A DNA stretch of 40,541 nt from an uncultured Thermotogae bacterium. Lineage in GTDB: Bacteria > Bipolaricaulota > Bipolaricaulia > M55B111. The translations under genes and the position numbers were made by a program. The DNA lies in contig CAZNVA010000001.1 of NCBI GenBank assembly GCA_964576335.1, forward strand, positions 1 through 40,541. Direction: 5' to 3'. Positions 36,334 to 40,541 of the stretch are shown here, in pieces (within the stretch, counting starts at the first letter, position 1; each line of letters begins with the position of its first letter). The notes beneath the pieces are model-generated. The model was not told the origin of the DNA. It did not search any database and saw nothing but the letters and a program-made list of their open reading frames with translations.

Positions 36334-36677
36334 AGACAAACAACACTCCACACCTGTCTCTCGTTTTTGTATTATTGAATGTCTCAATTATTATACCGTA
36401 AAGCAAGGATTTTTGAGGGGTTTTGGAGGTACTTATCTTCTCGTGTCCTTTCAATTGCATCTATTTTGAATGTGACAGTTTCAAGGATTGATAATTTGGA
36501 ACTTTAAAACAAATTTGAGTTTAAACTAACTAACCCTTAAACTATGGGAGTCAGAATTGGAGATTTTAAAGTAAAGTGGTTGAAAGGTCTATCTAACCCG
36601 CGTTAATTGTTGAATTTTTGGCTCAATTAATTTAATTCTGGTGCTTCAAAGCCCTCTTTATCCAACAGGAGGTAACA

Positions 36678-37502
36678 ATGGACTTTAAGTCGAAAGGCGT
36701 ATTTACGGTTGGTTTGCTGGCTGCTCTTCTTATGACGGTTTTTATCGGACTGGGGGTGCAGGGACAGGAAAAGGACGTTTATAAAGTCGGAGTGGATGCG
36801 AACTTCCCACCCTGGACTTACGTGGAAAAGGGTGAATACAAGGGGTTTGACGTCGAGGTCATAAGGGCAATTGCCGAAGCACAGGACATGGAGATTGAAA
36901 TAATCGACATGCCCTGGGAAACGATAGTTTCGGCACTGGGTTCGGGTAAGATCGATATTCTGGTGAGCGGGCTCTCCATTACGTGTGAACGGGATGAGAT
37001 CATCGATTATTCCCAGCCCTACTGGTCCGTGAACCAGGCCGTTCTGGTCTCACAGGATTCCGACCTCAACGCCATAACTGCCATGACTCAGGGACACAAG
37101 GTTGGTGCTCAGAGAGGCACGACCGGTTACATGTGGATCCAGGATGAACTAGTCGATGGTGGAGTGGACGTTCAGGGCAAAGCCTATGAGAACTACGTAA
37201 TGGCCGTCGAAGACCTCACAACCGGAAGACTCGATGCCGTTCTGGCCGACACCACTACGGCCAAGAATTTCGTCAAAAAGGGTAGAAATGTCAAGATAAT
37301 TGGAACGGTATCTACAGGGGAACAGTACGCTTACGCCGTTACGGAAGGAGACCCTTACGATCTGTTGCCGAAAATCAACGAAGGAATGGAGAAGGTTTTT
37401 GAGTCCGGCAGGTGGATGGAGATATTCAACGAGTACCTGGCCGAGTACGGTTACGCTCCTCCCGCCGCCATACCAATGGGCAGAGAGCTGACCTGCGAGT
37501 AG
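36678..37502 (+). CDS. ABC transporter substrate-binding protein, polar amino acid (family 3) type
   Basis: 274 aa. Signal peptide, then VGVDANFPPW, GFDVEVIRAIA and IDILVSGLSIT.ER typical of family 3 SBPs. GGAGGT SD upstream. Confidence 0.85.
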   Translation: MDFKSKGVFTVGLLAALLMTVFIGLGVQGQEKDVYKVGVDANFPPWTYVEKGEYKGFDVEVIRAIAEAQDMEIEIIDMPWETIVSALGSGKIDILVSGLSITCERDEIIDYSQPYWSVNQAVLVSQDSDLNAITAMTQGHKVGAQRGTTGYMWIQDELVDGGVDVQGKAYENYVMAVEDLTTGRLDAVLADTTTAKNFVKKGRNVKIIGTVSTGEQYAYAVTEGDPYDLLPKINEGMEKVFESGRWMEIFNEYLAEYGYAPPAAIPMGRELTCE

Positions 37503-37524
37503 TGAAGAGTTTAGAATCAATAGT

Positions 37525-37561
37525 GCAGGAAGGGCTGAGTCAAGCCCTTCCTGCTATTTTA
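37525..37561 (+). terminator. strong intra-operon stem-loop / partial terminator between the SBP and permease genes
   Basis: Perfect 12-bp stem GCAGGAAGGGCT (37525-37536) / AGCCCTTCCTGC (37543-37554) with a 6-nt loop, followed by TATTTTA. Confidence 0.7.
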
Positions 37562-37577
37562 TACCAACTTTATTACA

Positions 37578-38234
37578 ATGGAAATTCTTAACGTTCTGGC
37601 TGGCGAAGCGCCCTATCTCTTTAAAGGGTTGCTCATTACGATCCAGTTACTCGTCGGTTTGCTGGGAGTTGGGATCGTCGGAGGAGTCCTGCTTGCAGTT
37701 GCCGAGGTATACGGGAACAGGCTCTTCTCCACTCTGGCGATTTTGATCCAGAGGGGGTTAAGGGCAATTCCGGCACTGGTGCTTCTGTTTCTGTCTTACT
37801 ACGCGCTAGATATGCCTCCGTTATTGATATCGATTATAGCGCTCGGGTTGCGTTCTTCCGCCTATCAATCCCAGATATTTCGGGGGGCAATCCAGTCAAT
37901 CAAGTCGGGTCAAATGATGGCAGCTCGTTCGATGGGCATGAGCAGGATTCAGGGAATCTGGTACGTGGTATTACCGCAGGCAGTCCGGCTGGCTATAGGG
38001 CCCTGGTCGAACGAATACGCTTCGGAGACCAAGGATACCTCGCTTGCCTACGTGGTCGGTGTAGTGGAGATAATGCGCCGGTCCAGATACATAATATCGT
38101 ATACCTACGGAAACGCACTGCTCATTTACGGGATAGTGGCGCTGGTTTATTTCTTCCTTACCAGAGCCGGAAACGCCCTGCTCTACTGGCTGGAAGACAG
38201 GTTATGGGTACCTGGTTTTGAACGCAGAAGTTAA
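37578..38234 (+). CDS. amino acid ABC transporter permease (His/Glu/Gln/Arg/opine family)
   Basis: 218 aa with 5 TM segments and an EAA-type loop (QMMAARSMGMSRIQGIWYVVLPQA). Confidence 0.85.
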   Translation: MEILNVLAGEAPYLFKGLLITIQLLVGLLGVGIVGGVLLAVAEVYGNRLFSTLAILIQRGLRAIPALVLLFLSYYALDMPPLLISIIALGLRSSAYQSQIFRGAIQSIKSGQMMAARSMGMSRIQGIWYVVLPQAVRLAIGPWSNEYASETKDTSLAYVVGVVEIMRRSRYIISYTYGNALLIYGIVALVYFFLTRAGNALLYWLEDRLWVPGFERRS

Positions 38235-38270
38235 TGATTCTCAACGACATTAAGAGGAAAAGGAGTTAAG

Positions 38271-38951
38271 ATGTCGGCATTCATAGATTTCTTTCGTCTT
38301 GCCTGGGAAATAGGACCTCGTTTGCTTGATGGCACCGCAGTCACCCTGGAACTGACGGCAATCTGTATTACCTCCGGTTTTATTATTGGGCTGGCCGTTT
38401 CGCTCGGCAGGGTCTATGGCAACAAGCTTGTGTACGGAATTACTACGACTTTCGTGGAAATGGTCAGGGGTACTCCCCTGCTCGTCCAGCTATTTATAAT
38501 TTACTATGGCTTGCCCGACGTGGGGATCTTGCTGAATCCCCTTCTCGCGGCTGGCATCGCACTGGGGATTAACACTTCAGCCTACCAGGCAGAATACTTT
38601 CGGGGAGCGATTCAGTCCGTAAGTACCGGGCAGATGACCGCAGCAAGGTCCATAGGAATGAGCCGTTTTGGAGCGATAAAAAGTATCATTCTCCCCCAGG
38701 CCCTGCGGCTGGCGATCCCTTCCTGGTCGAATGAATTGATTTATATGTTAAAGTATACCTCACTTGCTTTTACCGTCGGTGCCCCCGAATTGATGGCAAA
38801 GGCAAAGATCATCGCCGCGCGGAATTTCCGCTACCTCGAAGTATTCATCATCGTTGCCTTCATTTACATAATAATAGTTACGGGTTTTACGAAGGTCCTG
38901 GATTACGTCGAAGAAAGGGTGAAGATTCCCGGCCTGGAAAGCGGAAAGTAA
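38271..38951 (+). CDS. amino acid ABC transporter permease (second subunit)
   Basis: 226 aa, a paralogue of the preceding gene. The EAA-type loop is QMTAARSIGMSRFGAIKSIILPQALR. Confidence 0.85.
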   Translation: MSAFIDFFRLAWEIGPRLLDGTAVTLELTAICITSGFIIGLAVSLGRVYGNKLVYGITTTFVEMVRGTPLLVQLFIIYYGLPDVGILLNPLLAAGIALGINTSAYQAEYFRGAIQSVSTGQMTAARSIGMSRFGAIKSIILPQALRLAIPSWSNELIYMLKYTSLAFTVGAPELMAKAKIIAARNFRYLEVFIIVAFIYIIIVTGFTKVLDYVEERVKIPGLESGK

Positions 38952-39012
38952 ACCCGGCACCCGGCCAGCTTCGATCGAGTTATAACCAGGCTGGAATAAA
39001 ACCGATTTCTTC

Positions 39013-39065
39013 AGTGGTTTGCTTGCTAGAATAAGTGGTTTGCTTTAAGTTTTATTTGTCTGACA
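39013..39065. promoter_or_regulatory. candidate operator elements upstream of the GntR-family gene
   Basis: Direct repeat AGTGGTTTGCTT at 39013-39024 and 39034-39045 (21-nt period). The palindrome TGTC-T-GACA at 39057-39065 matches the generic GntR-family GT-N-AC operator pattern. Confidence 0.3.
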
Positions 39066-39096
39066 TATGATAAATGCACGATTTTGGGGGTAAGTG

Positions 39097-39801
39097 ATGA
39101 GTTTCACCTTCAAGAAACTGGAAAGGAGCCAGAAGCCCCTGCAGGTGGCCAACCAGTTAGTCGAGGCCATCAGAGAAGGTGATTTTGAACAGGGTGACAA
39201 GTTACCGACGGAGCAGGAAATTGCGGAAAGAACCGGCGTGAGTCGGGCTTCCGTCAGGGAGGCTTTATCGGCACTGCGGCTCGGAGGGTTGATCCGAACT
39301 GAGGTCGGTAAGGGCACCTTTGTCGAGCACGTGCCGAAAGTGGATGATCTCAGGGACAGGATACTAAACATTCTGGTTGATAACCCGAAGCCACTTGAGC
39401 TTCAGGAGGCCAGGTCGGCATTTGAAGTTGGCGTCGTGGAAATTGCGACGCGTAAATTCTCCGGGGAAGACGACGAGAAAATGGCTCAGGTTCTGGATAA
39501 AATGAAGTCATCCGCCGAGCGGGACGAATACGAGCGGTTTCTGGACCTCCATCAACAGTTTCACCTTGGCATCGCTCGTGCGGCTCGAAATAAGGTCATC
39601 GAGGATACCATGAAGCACTTTCGGGAAATAATGAACGACCGGATGTGGCGCGAGCTGGAGAAGTCTCATTACCTGCCGGATAAGAGGAACTACCTCCTGG
39701 AATCACACCGAATCCACCGCGGGGTCTACTCCGCGATGGTCGATAAGGACCCGGAACTTGCCAGAAAAAGACTTAAGAACCACTTTGATAAGTACGCCTG
39801 A
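39097..39801 (+). CDS. GntR family transcriptional regulator, FadR subfamily (FCD ligand-binding domain)
   Basis: Winged HTH (LPTEQEIAERTGVSRASVREALSALRLGGLI) followed by an all-helical C-terminal domain. ATG 39097 lies 5 nt after GGGGGT; GTG 39094 is an alternative start. Confidence 0.85.
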   Translation: MSFTFKKLERSQKPLQVANQLVEAIREGDFEQGDKLPTEQEIAERTGVSRASVREALSALRLGGLIRTEVGKGTFVEHVPKVDDLRDRILNILVDNPKPLELQEARSAFEVGVVEIATRKFSGEDDEKMAQVLDKMKSSAERDEYERFLDLHQQFHLGIARAARNKVIEDTMKHFREIMNDRMWRELEKSHYLPDKRNYLLESHRIHRGVYSAMVDKDPELARKRLKNHFDKYA

Positions 39802-39879
39802 CTGTATTTAAGCTTTCATGAACTCTGAACTGATAGCGCCAAGCAAGACACAAAATCTAAATAAAGGGGAGAAGCGTTA

Positions 39880-40541
39880 ATGTTAACCGAAGAAGAAAAG
39901 CGTAAACTGTACCATAAGGCTTTACACGTCCTGAAGCAGGTCGGCGTGGAGATCAGGAACGAGGAAGCTCTTGCTCTTCTCGATGGAGCAGGGGCCGATA
40001 TATCCGGCCAGAGAGTTTATCTGGAGCAACACCACGTGGAAGATGCCCTGGCCTCCGCACCGGAATACGTCCCAGTTTACGACCGGGATGGAAACCTCGC
40101 ACTCGAGCTCGGGGGAGACGAAAACTACTTTGGGCCGGGCTCGGATAATCCAAATACGATAGATCTCGCTACGGGGGAACGAAGAAAGAGCACGCTGGAC
40201 GACGTGAAGAACTTTAGCACCCTCGTCGACGGGCTTCCAAACATGGACTTCCTGATGAGCATGGCCCTGCCTTCCGACGTTCCAAATAGGATTGCCGACC
40301 TCTACCAGTTCCGGACCATGACGGTAAATAATTCCAAGCCGTTTGTCTTTACCTCGGCGGACAACAGAAATACCGAGCAGTTGATAGAGATGGCCATCGC
40401 GATCACGGGTGGAAGAAAAGAGTTAAAGAAGAAACCTTTCTTTATTCAGTATACAGAACCGACCAGTCCACTGGTTGGCACTGAAGACGCGCTGGGTCGG
40501 CTGCTTTTGTCCGCGGAATACGAGGTTCCGGCAACATATAC
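39880..40541 (+). CDS. MttB-superfamily (trimethylamine methyltransferase family) corrinoid-dependent methyltransferase, 5' fragment running off the window
   Basis: ATG 39880 lies 8 nt after AAGGGGAG, and the frame stays open to the window end (220 codons). The product MLTEEEKRKLYHKALHVLKQVGVEIRNEEALALLDGAGADISGQRVYL..VEDALASAP..FGPGSDNPNTIDLATGERRKSTLDDV.NF..LVDGLPNMDF resembles the N-terminal half of MttB/MtgB-family proteins. It is absent from the ORF track because it has no stop in the window. Confidence 0.85.
   Translation, partial: MLTEEEKRKLYHKALHVLKQVGVEIRNEEALALLDGAGADISGQRVYLEQHHVEDALASAPEYVPVYDRDGNLALELGGDENYFGPGSDNPNTIDLATGERRKSTLDDVKNFSTLVDGLPNMDFLMSMALPSDVPNRIADLYQFRTMTVNNSKPFVFTSADNRNTEQLIEMAIAITGGRKELKKKPFFIQYTEPTSPLVGTEDALGRLLLSAEYEVPATY

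Noticed and set aside
36388-36677. The AT-rich 290-bp divergent spacer between DUF99 and the ABC operon contains TTAAACTA twice (36521, 36537), CTAACCC twice, and short ORFs (for example a 20-aa ORF starting MGVRIGDF).
   Set aside because: The repeats are short enough to arise by chance in AT-rich DNA, and the mini-ORFs lack SDs. I treat the region as ordinary promoter DNA unless comparative data show conservation.

Overview
This looks like a core-chromosomal bacterial window. It is about 90% coding, mid-range GC by eye, and I call 39 protein genes. I found no rRNA, tRNA, CRISPR array, transposase, integrase or recognisable defence island. Gene content in order: a one-carbon block (gcvPB 3' end, an AcsE-like methyl-THF:corrinoid methyltransferase, fhs, folE, folD), ddl, ppa, an archaeal-type pncB preceded by a small RHH gene, DUF502, and accD-accA. 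A long minus-strand run with Firmicutes-like synteny follows (glmU-like/prs/ctc, then clpC/radA/disA/punA). Then come gcvH, an orphan secreted protein plus an unannotated 29-aa micro-ORF, secA, an acetate module (satP-acs-pat), DUF445-lgt, pyrG, a macro-domain protein, smpB, rpmF, dtd and DUF99. The 3' end holds a polar-amino-acid-type ABC importer (no ATPase gene), a GntR/FadR regulator and the first 220 codons of an MttB-superfamily methyltransferase. Proteins are visibly rich in Asp/Glu, and several carry acidic tails. Taxon cannot be assigned from sequence alone. Nothing here is a clear-cut novel system. The items most worth checking are: (1) the MttB/GntR/ABC locus of unknown substrate, together with the distant AcsE-like/fhs/folD block; (2) a strongly signalled 29-aa hydrophobic Cys-terminated micro-ORF upstream of an orphan secreted protein with a sorting-signal-like tail; (3) pncB, whose conserved N-terminus has no canonical start codon (probable ATT start) and sits in frame behind a single TAG that ends a probably leaderless RHH gene; (4) a GlmU-like protein lacking the acetyltransferase end; (5) an archaeal-type DUF99 gene. 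All function calls come from by-eye motif recognition. No database search was run.
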